Origin: an uncultured delta proteobacterium
GTDB lineage: Bacteria > Myxococcota_A > Polyangia > Polyangiales > Polyangiaceae
DNA: 64,000 bases
Direction: 5' to 3'
Assembly (NCBI GenBank): GCA_963716725.1
Contig: CAVQUB010000021.1
Span: 1-64,000 of the forward strand
In this document: positions 19,803-28,312 of the stretch, piece after piece
How the letters are laid out: each line of letters opens with the position of its first letter
How positions within the stretch are numbered: the first letter of the stretch is position 1
Notes under the pieces: model-generated
Databases searched by the model: none
What the model was told of the DNA's origin: nothing
What the model saw: the letters and a program-made list of their open reading frames with translations, nothing else
Position numbers and translations under genes: made by a program

Positions 19803-20672
19803 ATGCGACCGATAGTTGTGCTTCCGAACGCGGCTCGACGGGCGGCGCGCACCAGTCACTCATCCCCAACGCCGCGGGTTCGGGCTCGGTGGCGCATCTG
19901 GCTGTGTTTGGCCGTGTCGCTGGCAGTGCTGGCCTGCGAAGCCTTCGTTATTGTGCCGCGGACCGCGGGCAGTAGACAACAACCGGCGCTGGTATTCCGG
20001 AAGCGTTATCCCACGGCGCGACCGCTCCCGGAGGCGCTGGCCGCCGCCAAGGAACGCCTGGTTCAGCGCGGTGCGCGCGTGGTTGTGGAGAGCGAGGGCC
20101 GGGTTCGGTTGGCACTGCCCTACGCTGCGGGAAAGCGGGTGGTTGCGATCGTCTCCGCGGATTCGTCGAGCGAGCAACCCGCGCTCATTCTGCGAATCAC
20201 CTTGGTTGACGCCCCGGAGAACGCTTACGCCATCGTTCGCCGACTGCGGCTGGCCGTCGCCGCGGCGGCTGGTGGCGGAGACCCGGCGGAGACCGAGGCG
20301 GCGCCTGACGCAGCCGCTGACGCCGGGCTCGACGCGGCAGCGCCCGATTCCGGGACCCCGGCAGACGCCGGCGTGCCCGCGACGATCCCTGTCCAGGAAA
20401 TTGAACCATTCGAAGGAGAACTCCCAATGAGCATCGCGATGAGGATTCTGGTCGGTCTTTCGTTCGTCGGCCTCGGCGCGTGCGTGAAGCCGCCGGAATC
20501 GCGAGGCGCTAGTGGGCTCGTCGCTTCGGAAGACCCACGCGTGTGGGTAGTTCGGCAGCGTCTGTTCGAGAATCAGACCATCTCCGAGGTATTCCGTTGT
20601 GCCGACGGCGCGAAGGAAAACGCCCCGCCCAAACCTGTGTGCGTCAAGGCCCCAATGGTCGATGAACGATGA
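19803..20672 (+). CDS. Hypothetical secreted protein; may be two genes, with a small lipoprotein starting near 20427
   Basis: Hydrophobic segment plus LAC; internal GAAGGAG before MSIAMRILVGLSFVGLGAC. Confidence 0.45.
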   Translation: MRPIVVLPNAARRAARTSHSSPTPRVRARWRIWLCLAVSLAVLACEAFVIVPRTAGSRQQPALVFRKRYPTARPLPEALAAAKERLVQRGARVVVESEGRVRLALPYAAGKRVVAIVSADSSSEQPALILRITLVDAPENAYAIVRRLRLAVAAAAGGGDPAETEAAPDAAADAGLDAAAPDSGTPADAGVPATIPVQEIEPFEGELPMSIAMRILVGLSFVGLGACVKPPESRGASGLVASEDPRVWVVRQRLFENQTISEVFRCADGAKENAPPKPVCVKAPMVDER

Positions 20673-21583
20673 CCCCGGGCGCATTTGCGGCGGGCTTGCT
20701 CGGTGCATTGGTTTGCCTTGCGCCGCGCGTTGCCCATGCGGACGATGAGAAGGCCGCACCACCCGATGCTGGGCAAGACGAGTGGGGCTCGATCATCCAA
20801 CGGGGCAAGACGCAGGAACAGGTCAGCGAGAGCGACGAAGAGCGCAAGCGACGGGCCGAAGCCGAGAAGCGGCTCGCGGCCGAAGACCCGGCGGCTCGCG
20901 CGCGTTTGCAGGCTGAACGCGCGGCCGCCAAGCGACAAGAGGAGGCCGCCTTCCAGAAACGGAAAGGCTTCCGCCTTCTCGCCTACGGTGGGGTGGGCTT
21001 CGGCTCCTACGACGCGGTCATGCGTGTCGATGAGGCCAAAGGCGACATCACCTTCACTTCGGACGCGCTCAGCGCGATGGCTGGGTTAGGCCTGCGCACG
21101 GCCGCGAGTCCCGCCGTCGACTTCCAGCTGCGAGCGATGTTCGTGGTGTCCGGTGAGGGTGAGGGCACGTACAACTGCGACGACGGAGAGTATAGCTACC
21201 CGAGGTACGAGGATTGCGGCACGCCGACCACCGCCGACGGCGAGCACCTGCCGCCCGGCAGAGTGACGGACGCGCACGTCGCGCTCGCCATGCTCGATGG
21301 CACCCTGCGGTTCCGGGGCGGCGCGGGCTACTTCGGTGCCGGCGCCGGAGTCACTCTACCGCTCGTTACTGGTCGCGTGATCCGCGACGCTGAAGCCAAA
21401 GCTGGATTGGAATCCACGGCGAAGAGAGCCAACCTGAACGCCGCTCCCACAACCGTCAGGGCGACGGGGATCCTGGAAGCTGGGTTCGTGGTGGGTCCCC
21501 ACGAAGACTTCGACCTCGGCGTTCGCGGCGCGATCGGGGCTGCGCCCGCCGTGCAAGTTCTGTTCGGATGGGCGTTCTACTGA
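20669..21583 (+). CDS. Secreted protein, probable outer-membrane beta-barrel
   Basis: Signal peptide ending AHA, charged coiled region, amphipathic strands, aromatic C-terminus FGWAFY. Confidence 0.6.
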   Translation: MTPGAFAAGLLGALVCLAPRVAHADDEKAAPPDAGQDEWGSIIQRGKTQEQVSESDEERKRRAEAEKRLAAEDPAARARLQAERAAAKRQEEAAFQKRKGFRLLAYGGVGFGSYDAVMRVDEAKGDITFTSDALSAMAGLGLRTAASPAVDFQLRAMFVVSGEGEGTYNCDDGEYSYPRYEDCGTPTTADGEHLPPGRVTDAHVALAMLDGTLRFRGGAGYFGAGAGVTLPLVTGRVIRDAEAKAGLESTAKRANLNAAPTTVRATGILEAGFVVGPHEDFDLGVRGAIGAAPAVQVLFGWAFY

Positions 21584-21722
21584 ATTTACCTGCGCCTCGC
21601 CTGCCGGCATGGTCATTTCTATTGTTGCGTGACCGTGCACGCCGCCCATGCTCGGTCTCCCGCTGGAGCGACGGAGAAATGACTATGGCTCGCGTTGGGA
21701 TCCCGGACATACCTTCACACGC

Positions 21723-22967
21723 ATGAGCAGCTGGTGCGCAATCGGATTTGGGTCGGCTCTGCTTGGACTCGCGGGACTCACGGGCTGCTCGTCTGGCGCC
21801 GATAACGGCACGACAGGAGGCAGCGGTGGGTCGAATTCGGAGGGCGGCCCTGGCGGCGGAGGAGGATCCGGCGGCTCGTGGAGCGGAGGAGGATCCGGCG
21901 GAACCGGCGGCACTATCGCTGCGGGCGGCAGCACGCCGACGGGCGGCAGTGGCGGCAACCCCGAGCCGAGCTGCGCAGGTCACTGCGGCGACACCGAACC
22001 GGTACCGGAGTCAAACCCGAAGTGCTTCTGCGATCCGGACTGCACGACGCACGGGAATTGCTGTTCGGACTTCGTATCCGCGTGTTCGGGCAGCGGCGGC
22101 AGCGGCGGCAGCGGCGGCAGCGGCGGCAGCGGCGGCAGCGGTGGCAGCGGCGGCAGCGGTGGCAGCGGTGGCAGCGGTGGCAGCGGTGGTTCCACGCCGG
22201 TGTGCGGGGACAACTCGTGCAACGGCGGCGAGACACAGTCGACCTGTTGCAAGGACTGCGGATGCCCGTCCGGCAGCACGTGCAACGGGACGGCTTGCGC
22301 GCCCAACGCCTACTGCGGAGACAGCTCGTGCAACGGCGGCGAGACACAGTCGACCTGCTGCAAGGACTGCGGATGCCCACCCGGCAGCACGTGCAACGGG
22401 ACGACTTGCGCGCCCAACGCCTACTGCGGAGACAGCTCGTGCAACGGCGGCGAGACACAGTCGACCTGCTGCAAGGACTGCGGATGCCCATCCGGCAGCA
22501 CGTGCAACGGGACGACTTGCGCGCCCAACGCCTACTGCGGAGACAGCTCGTGCAACGGCGGCGAGACACAGTCGACCTGCTGCAAGGACTGCGGATGCGC
22601 CGGTGGACTGACGTGCACCAACGGAAAATGTGACTGTACGACGGCGACGGTGAAGTTCACGAACGTGATGCCGGACTCGTCGCAGTTCTGCTTCAACCTG
22701 AACCAGTGGTACACGCAGAAGTCGCAGGCCTATGTCACGCTCAAGGGCCAGAAGTACCTCCTGCCTTACAAGGGCTGGCTGAGCGACGACTGGCCCAAGG
22801 GTGCGGCCTATTCAGTGGACGTGCAGTGCTGCTACTTCGACGGCTGCATCGGCAATATGTCGTGCCAGACTCAGTCCGGAAGCGCCCCGTGCATCTGCCT
22901 CGCGGCCAAGAAGGTCACTGGGACGGTGAATGCCTGCGGAACCGTGGATGTACCGGTCTGCAACTAG
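21723..22967 (+). CDS. Cys-rich lipoprotein: somatomedin-B-like domain, GGS linker, 37-aa repeats
   Basis: Lipobox LTGC; SCAGHC...CFCDPDC...CCSDF; repeats of CGDSSCNGGETQSTCCKDCGC. Confidence 0.8.
   Translation: MSSWCAIGFGSALLGLAGLTGCSSGADNGTTGGSGGSNSEGGPGGGGGSGGSWSGGGSGGTGGTIAAGGSTPTGGSGGNPEPSCAGHCGDTEPVPESNPKCFCDPDCTTHGNCCSDFVSACSGSGGSGGSGGSGGSGGSGGSGGSGGSGGSGGSGGSTPVCGDNSCNGGETQSTCCKDCGCPSGSTCNGTACAPNAYCGDSSCNGGETQSTCCKDCGCPPGSTCNGTTCAPNAYCGDSSCNGGETQSTCCKDCGCPSGSTCNGTTCAPNAYCGDSSCNGGETQSTCCKDCGCAGGLTCTNGKCDCTTATVKFTNVMPDSSQFCFNLNQWYTQKSQAYVTLKGQKYLLPYKGWLSDDWPKGAAYSVDVQCCYFDGCIGNMSCQTQSGSAPCICLAAKKVTGTVNACGTVDVPVCN
22089..22190 (+). repeat. 9-bp coding tandem repeat (GGCAGCGGY)n encoding a Gly-Ser-Gly linker
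   Basis: About 11 consecutive copies. Confidence 0.9.
22203..22598 (+). repeat. 111-bp coding tandem repeat, about 3.6 copies
   Basis: Units start at 22203, 22314, 22425 and 22536 and are near-identical. Confidence 0.9.
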
Positions 22968-24300
22968 GCCGACGCTCGCCGGAGCAGCCGCGGCAGCGCT
23001 GCTGTCGCTGAACGGCGCGCTGCTCTCCGGCGGGTGCAGCCTCGTCAACGAAGTCACCGCGTGCAATTCGTCCGCGCACGAAGTGCGGGTGAACCAGCGC
23101 GGCGACCAGAGCGAGTTCATCAACCATCCCAAGTCGGTCGCGCAACTCATCGGGTCGAACCGCATCGTGGTGGCGTTTTCGTCCCAGACCGCAGGCTCGG
23201 CGACCTCTGAAGTGCGCATCGCGCTCCTGGACGCATCTTCCGGGGAGAGAGCGGTCACCTGCAACGGGGACTTCGATTCCACACTGAGCGACCCCAACGT
23301 GGTCGCCTACGCGCCGTCCGTGGCCGCGGTGAACCTCACGATCTCCGGGATGGCGGCGCACGCCGCCGTGTCTTGGATCGAAAACAAGAGCGACCCTCGA
23401 GTGAGAGTGCTCTTCGTCGACGAGCGCGGCTGCCCCCTGGGAAAGCCGACTTCGCCGTTGACTGAAACTGGCACCCCGACGAGCGGCGCTACTCTGGCCT
23501 GGTCGCCAGTAAGAAAGGCTCTGTACGTCGCGTTCCACGACTTCAAGCGAATCCTCCTCACACAGTACGTCGATCAGCTCCCCCAACCACCTCTCGTGGT
23601 TGCCTCGCCCTACTCCGTCGATCAGTTGACCACGATCGCTTTCGGCGCGGACGGCCGGGGGCTCATCGGGTGGCCGGAGCATCCGTCCGGTGCCGCGCTC
23701 CTCGAGGGCGAAGTGGTGATTCGCGCGGCGCTGCTGAACCCAGATGGGACGCTGCGGGCCGGCCCCGACGGAAGCGCCGCGCCGTTCTCGGTGCCCTTCC
23801 CCGCGAACTACGGCAACGGCTTGACCGTTGACTTCTCGGCGGCCGCAGGACCGAGTCGCTTTGCTCTCACCGCTGCGCTCGCGACCTCCAAAGCGGCTCG
23901 GGAGGTGGTCTACGCGACGGAACTCAGTGCGGATGACGGGACCGTCGTCACACCGGCCTTTCGCGCCGAACCCGACACGGGAGCCGCGCATTTCTACCCA
24001 GCCGCCGCGTACACCGAAGGCGGCGCATTGGTGGTCGCCTGGATGACCGCGCAGCACGGCGGCGCGGTCGCGCGCGTATTCGATCCGGGCGGCGCGCCCA
24101 AGTTCAACTCGGTCTCCTGTGACGAGAGTTGGTTTTCCGTCGGTGCGCGCGCTCGCGAAGGAATGCAGGGACAAACGTCGGTGCTGTTCGCCTCCGATCG
24201 GGTCTGGATCTTCCATCCGGGTCAACCTGGCTACGACTCGTTCGCGATGGGGACCGTCGGATGGAACATGGCTTGGTCCGATCTCTGGCCGGCGAAGTGA
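22948..24300 (+). CDS. Putative lipoprotein, beta-rich
   Basis: Hydrophobic signal ending SGGC; long ORF in operon with the kinase. Confidence 0.65.
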   Translation: MYRSATRPTLAGAAAAALLSLNGALLSGGCSLVNEVTACNSSAHEVRVNQRGDQSEFINHPKSVAQLIGSNRIVVAFSSQTAGSATSEVRIALLDASSGERAVTCNGDFDSTLSDPNVVAYAPSVAAVNLTISGMAAHAAVSWIENKSDPRVRVLFVDERGCPLGKPTSPLTETGTPTSGATLAWSPVRKALYVAFHDFKRILLTQYVDQLPQPPLVVASPYSVDQLTTIAFGADGRGLIGWPEHPSGAALLEGEVVIRAALLNPDGTLRAGPDGSAAPFSVPFPANYGNGLTVDFSAAAGPSRFALTAALATSKAAREVVYATELSADDGTVVTPAFRAEPDTGAAHFYPAAAYTEGGALVVAWMTAQHGGAVARVFDPGGAPKFNSVSCDESWFSVGARAREGMQGQTSVLFASDRVWIFHPGQPGYDSFAMGTVGWNMAWSDLWPAK

Positions 24301-24316
24301 GGGAGGAAGCAAGCTG

Positions 24317-25678
24317 ATGTACACGGGAGAGTTCACCACCGGGTCCGTCGTCGCGGCCCGCTACAGGTTGCGAGAGCAACTGGGCGCGGGAGGCATGGGC
24401 GAGGTCTGGGTGGCCGAGCACATGGAGCTCGGCAAGGTGGTCGCTCTCAAGCTGATGCTCGCGAGCATGGGCGCCCAGCTGGAAATGAGGAACCGGTTCT
24501 TGAACGAAGCGCGAGCCGCGGCGAGCATCGAGCACCCCAACATCGTGGACGTCTTCGACCTCGGCTATCACGGAGAGAGCGCGTTCATCGCCATGGAGAA
24601 GCTCGAGGGCGAAGATCTCGAGCATCGCATCGTCAGGCAAGGGCCGCTGCCGCTGGAAGAGGCGATTCGCATCGGGCTCGAGCTCGCAGACGCCGTCGGA
24701 GCGGCGCACGAACGCGGGGTCATTCACCGAGATTTGAAACCCGCGAACGTTTTTCTGAACACCCGAGGACGACAGCGCGATGTCGTGAAGGTGCTGGACT
24801 TCGGGATCGCCAAGCTCACTCAAGCGAGCAGCGACGTACAGACCAAGACAGGCGCGGTGTTTGGCTCACCTCACTACATGGCGCCCGAGCAGCTCGCCGA
24901 CTCGAAGGCCGTCGATGCACGAACCGACATCTACGCGCTGGGCGGGATCATGTACGCGATGCTGACGGGGGGTCCTGCCTTCGACTCACCGACCCTCCCC
25001 GAGCTCTTCTTCAGGGTGGTCTCGAGCTCACCCGACCCGGTTCGCGGGAAACGCCCCGACGTTCCGGAGTGGCTCGAGCGGCTGACACTCGCCGCGCTGG
25101 CGAAGCGGCCCGAACAACGCCCGCAATCCGCGGGAAGCTTCGCCGCCTTGCTCGAGAGCCGGGGCGGAGAGCTGGCACCCGTTCCCGATCCCGCGGCGCC
25201 CACGACCGCGCCGTTCGAGCCCGGTGTTACCGCGGCGCCAGCGGCGAACTCCGCCGCGGCACTGACCCCGCTCTACTCCACCAATCCGCCGGCGCTCCGC
25301 AGCGGGCGCACGCGAACCAGCGTCGCACTCGCGGTCGCGGCCACGGTCGCGGTTCTGGCGGTCGGTGTGGGCGTCGTTGTCGTGGGGGCGCGGGCCGCCA
25401 CCGGCAGCGCGGGCGACGCCGTGCTGGCGTCAGCGGGCCTGCCGAGCGCGGAGCCGGCAACCGGGCTGCACGACGCCGATGCCCCGAGCTCTCGGCCCAC
25501 GCCGCAGACCGGTCCAGCTGAAGATGCCGCGGTGAATCCTCCGCCGGAGGCGCCCTCGAACTCCACGCCGTCTCAGGCTCGGGCTCCACGCCCGGCGCCG
25601 CCGAGCCCAAAGGTCAATCCGACGAAGCGGCGCAACAATCCGCCGCCGGGAGGCCCGCCACCTCTGGTGCCCCAATGA
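24317..25678 (+). CDS. Ser/Thr protein kinase with a TM segment
   Basis: GAGGMGEV, VALK, HRDLKPAN, DFGIAK, YMAPEQ. Confidence 0.95.
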   Translation: MYTGEFTTGSVVAARYRLREQLGAGGMGEVWVAEHMELGKVVALKLMLASMGAQLEMRNRFLNEARAAASIEHPNIVDVFDLGYHGESAFIAMEKLEGEDLEHRIVRQGPLPLEEAIRIGLELADAVGAAHERGVIHRDLKPANVFLNTRGRQRDVVKVLDFGIAKLTQASSDVQTKTGAVFGSPHYMAPEQLADSKAVDARTDIYALGGIMYAMLTGGPAFDSPTLPELFFRVVSSSPDPVRGKRPDVPEWLERLTLAALAKRPEQRPQSAGSFAALLESRGGELAPVPDPAAPTTAPFEPGVTAAPAANSAAALTPLYSTNPPALRSGRTRTSVALAVAATVAVLAVGVGVVVVGARAATGSAGDAVLASAGLPSAEPATGLHDADAPSSRPTPQTGPAEDAAVNPPPEAPSNSTPSQARAPRPAPPSPKVNPTKRRNNPPPGGPPPLVPQ

Positions 25679-26940
25679 CCCCCGTCCGCAATCTGACCGC
25701 CTTCCTGCTCGTCGCCGCAACTCTGGTCGCGTCACCGCGGGCGGCACGCGCCGACGCGGCCACCGAGGCTCAGCTGCAGTTCGAGCTTGGTTCGGAGCTG
25801 TACAAGCAAGGGCGATATCCCGAAGCCATCGAGCGCTTCATCGCCTCCTATCGTCAGGTTCCAAACTCGAACGTCGTGTTGAACGTCGTACAGACCTTCA
25901 TCTTCCTGAAGCGCTTCGAGGACGCGTACAATTGGAACGAGACCTTCCTCTCCATTGCAGCGACCGACGCCCAGCGGCAGGCGGGCAACAGCAGGCGGGG
26001 CGACTTGGGCAAGCGAGTGGCGGTCCTCGACGTCACGACGACGCCAGCAGATGCGGAACTGTTCATCGATCGCGCCGACCTTGGCAGCGTGGGACGAGCG
26101 CCCCGACGCGTCGCCGTGAAAGCCGGCGACCACCGGATCATCGCGCGAGCAAAAGACTTCGATGAGCGCACCGTGAGCGTCAGCGTCAAGACGGCCGAAT
26201 CGAAGGCCGTGCAAATCGAGCTGCCCCCCCTACTCGGAACTGTCCGAATCAGGAGCGTTCCCCCTGGTGCCATCGTTCGGGACGACGCAACGGGTGCCGA
26301 GCTCGGCAAGACCCCCGCAGAGTTGCGCCTTCGACCTGCGGCGCAGCGACTCGTCGTCGAGCTGGCAGGCTGGGTAAGCCAAACCCGCACCGTCAACGTG
26401 CTGCGAGATCGAACTTCTCAGCTCGAGGTGGTGCTCCAACGCGCCGCGACCTCCGTCGCCGTGCTGAGCGTGCGCGGCAACGTGCCCGGCGCGAACATCG
26501 TGGTCGACGGACGTCTGCTCGGGCGAGCTCCGCTGTCCCTCGACACACTGCCTCCGGGCCAGGTGCTGGTCGCCGTGAACGCACCAGGGCGCGACGCCTG
26601 GCAAGAGCGCGTGACCCTCGAGCGCGGCGCCGCGACTCGCGTCGACTTCGATCTGGCGGATCCGTCGACGAAGACCTGGAGCGGTTGGCGTTGGCTCGGC
26701 TACGGTGGCGGCGCGGCACTCGTGACGGCGGGTGCGCTTGTCGGCCTCTCCGCCCTGAGCGCTCGCGGCGAGTTCGATCAGCGACCGTCCAGCGAAGCGC
26801 TCGACCGCGTGAAGACGCGGAACACGACCGCGGACATCTTGCTCGGGTCGGGGGTGGTGGTGCTCGGGGGCACCTTGACATGGGACCTCTTGCGCGCTCC
26901 GGACCCGAAGTCCGGGGGCGCAGTGACAATGGACCGATAG
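25675..26940 (+). CDS. TPR plus PEGA domain secreted protein
   Basis: Signal peptide; FELGSELYKQGRYPEAIERF (TPR); repeated S.P.GA...G.TP PEGA motifs. Confidence 0.85.
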   Translation: MTPVRNLTAFLLVAATLVASPRAARADAATEAQLQFELGSELYKQGRYPEAIERFIASYRQVPNSNVVLNVVQTFIFLKRFEDAYNWNETFLSIAATDAQRQAGNSRRGDLGKRVAVLDVTTTPADAELFIDRADLGSVGRAPRRVAVKAGDHRIIARAKDFDERTVSVSVKTAESKAVQIELPPLLGTVRIRSVPPGAIVRDDATGAELGKTPAELRLRPAAQRLVVELAGWVSQTRTVNVLRDRTSQLEVVLQRAATSVAVLSVRGNVPGANIVVDGRLLGRAPLSLDTLPPGQVLVAVNAPGRDAWQERVTLERGAATRVDFDLADPSTKTWSGWRWLGYGGGAALVTAGALVGLSALSARGEFDQRPSSEALDRVKTRNTTADILLGSGVVVLGGTLTWDLLRAPDPKSGGAVTMDR

Positions 26941-26952
26941 GCGGAGGCAAAC

Positions 26953-27804
26953 ATGAGCGGCGTGAGATGGGTCGTGGTGGTGCTCGTGGTTGGCGCGTCC
27001 GCCAGCGCGTGTTCGAGTTCGGAGACTCAAAACGGTGGCGGCTGCCAGAGCGAGTCCGACTGCAAGGCCGACGAGCACTGCGTTGACCGCAACTGCGTTG
27101 CCATCGCGACCGACGCAGGCGTCGATGCGGCGCCGGACGGCACGGGCGACGCTTGCCTTGGCAAGGGGCCGAGTCCCACCGCCGGGCGGGGCTGCGCGTG
27201 CCCGACCGACTGTGAAGGCCAGGAGTTCTGCGCGACAGAGGCTGCGACCGGGTTAGCGGGAGGAATGTGCCTGCTGTCGTGCCTGAATGCCCCGTGCCCG
27301 GGCAACCTGGTCTGCCTCCAGACGACCCCGGGCGCAGCCAAGACGGAGGCGTGCTTCGTCGGGTGCAACGAGACAGCGGACTGTCCACCGTCGATGATCT
27401 GCGACACGCTGGAGTACGGCGGCGCGAAGGTCTGCTCGTCGTTTTGTCAGTCTGACGCCGAATGCCCCTACTCGAAGCAGTGCGATCGATATTCGGGCAC
27501 ATGCGCTGCCGGGCCGCCGAACCCCGGGGCCAAAGACAGCGGCGAAGCCTGTGCGCAGGACAGCGGCTGCCTGAGCGACTTCTGCATCACGAGCACGCCG
27601 CAGTTTCCGGATGGGTACTGCACTGCGTTTTGCTCGCTCTCGAAGCAGGGCTGCCCGGACGGCGCCTACTGCGCGCCCATCTGGGGTGACGCCGACAAGG
27701 GACTCTGCCTGAAGACGTGCTCGTCCGTAGACGAGTGCCGGGCGGGATATGCATGCAAGAGCGCAGGGGGAGGGTCGGGCGTCAAAGTCTGCGGACCGCA
27801 GTAG
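26953..27804 (+). CDS. Cys-rich lipoprotein
   Basis: Lipobox ASAC; many Cys modules (GYCTAFC, CLKTC...C). Confidence 0.8.
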   Translation: MSGVRWVVVVLVVGASASACSSSETQNGGGCQSESDCKADEHCVDRNCVAIATDAGVDAAPDGTGDACLGKGPSPTAGRGCACPTDCEGQEFCATEAATGLAGGMCLLSCLNAPCPGNLVCLQTTPGAAKTEACFVGCNETADCPPSMICDTLEYGGAKVCSSFCQSDAECPYSKQCDRYSGTCAAGPPNPGAKDSGEACAQDSGCLSDFCITSTPQFPDGYCTAFCSLSKQGCPDGAYCAPIWGDADKGLCLKTCSSVDECRAGYACKSAGGGSGVKVCGPQ

Positions 27805-27837
27805 TCGGGGCGAACACCACCGTGGCCCGCACCCACC

Positions 27838-27970
27838 TCAGCGCTGGCGCGACTTCTGCTCGTCGAGCGTTGCGATCAACAAGGGGAGCACTGCGCGGTC
27901 CTTGGCGCGGTTCGCGCGCGCCTTGACCTCGATCAGCCGCGGCAGCCCGAGAACGCTCACCGTCAACGAG
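27838..27970 (-). pseudogene. C-terminal fragment of a nucleotidyltransferase-like protein
   Basis: VSVLGLPRLIEVKARANRAKDRAVLPLLIATL resembles the helical tail of small myxobacterial nucleotidyltransferases; no catalytic N-terminus is seen. Confidence 0.45.
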
Positions 27971-28229
27971 TGACAACCCGCATCCCGCGATAGACCGCTG
28001 CTGTCGCGAAGCAGGCTCTCAGGCGTTCCTCCGGCGCGCGCTCCAGCGCAGCCCTGATTTGCGACCGATCGACATCGGCAACCGCCAGGATCAGGTCGGG
28101 GTGCTCTTCCCCCAGCTTCGACAAAAAGGGCCCGATGCACCGGTCGGCGTACGTTTCCGCGTGAACGGGCTGAAAGTACGGGGAGAGCGTCGTCTCGTCG
28201 CAGCTCGCAGCACCCACGTTCGGGAGCAT
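27963..28229 (-). CDS. Small hypothetical protein, probable partner of the nucleotidyltransferase
   Basis: DVDRSQIRAALERAPEERLR motif, directly upstream of the fragment. Confidence 0.45.
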   Translation of the reverse strand: MLPNVGAASCDETTLSPYFQPVHAETYADRCIGPFLSKLGEEHPDLILAVADVDRSQIRAALERAPEERLRACFATAAVYRGMRVVTR

Positions 28230-28312
28230 GCCACGGCAGTGCCGCGCGTGGTAGCCGCCGCGCCGTGCGGCTCGCGTCGCTCACGCCTTCCCGTATGATG
28301 GTGCCCAGTCCG

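Noticed and set aside
22089..22190. GGCAGCGGY repeat as a regulatory or mobile repeat
   Set aside because: In-frame Gly/Ser linker typical of these lipoproteins.
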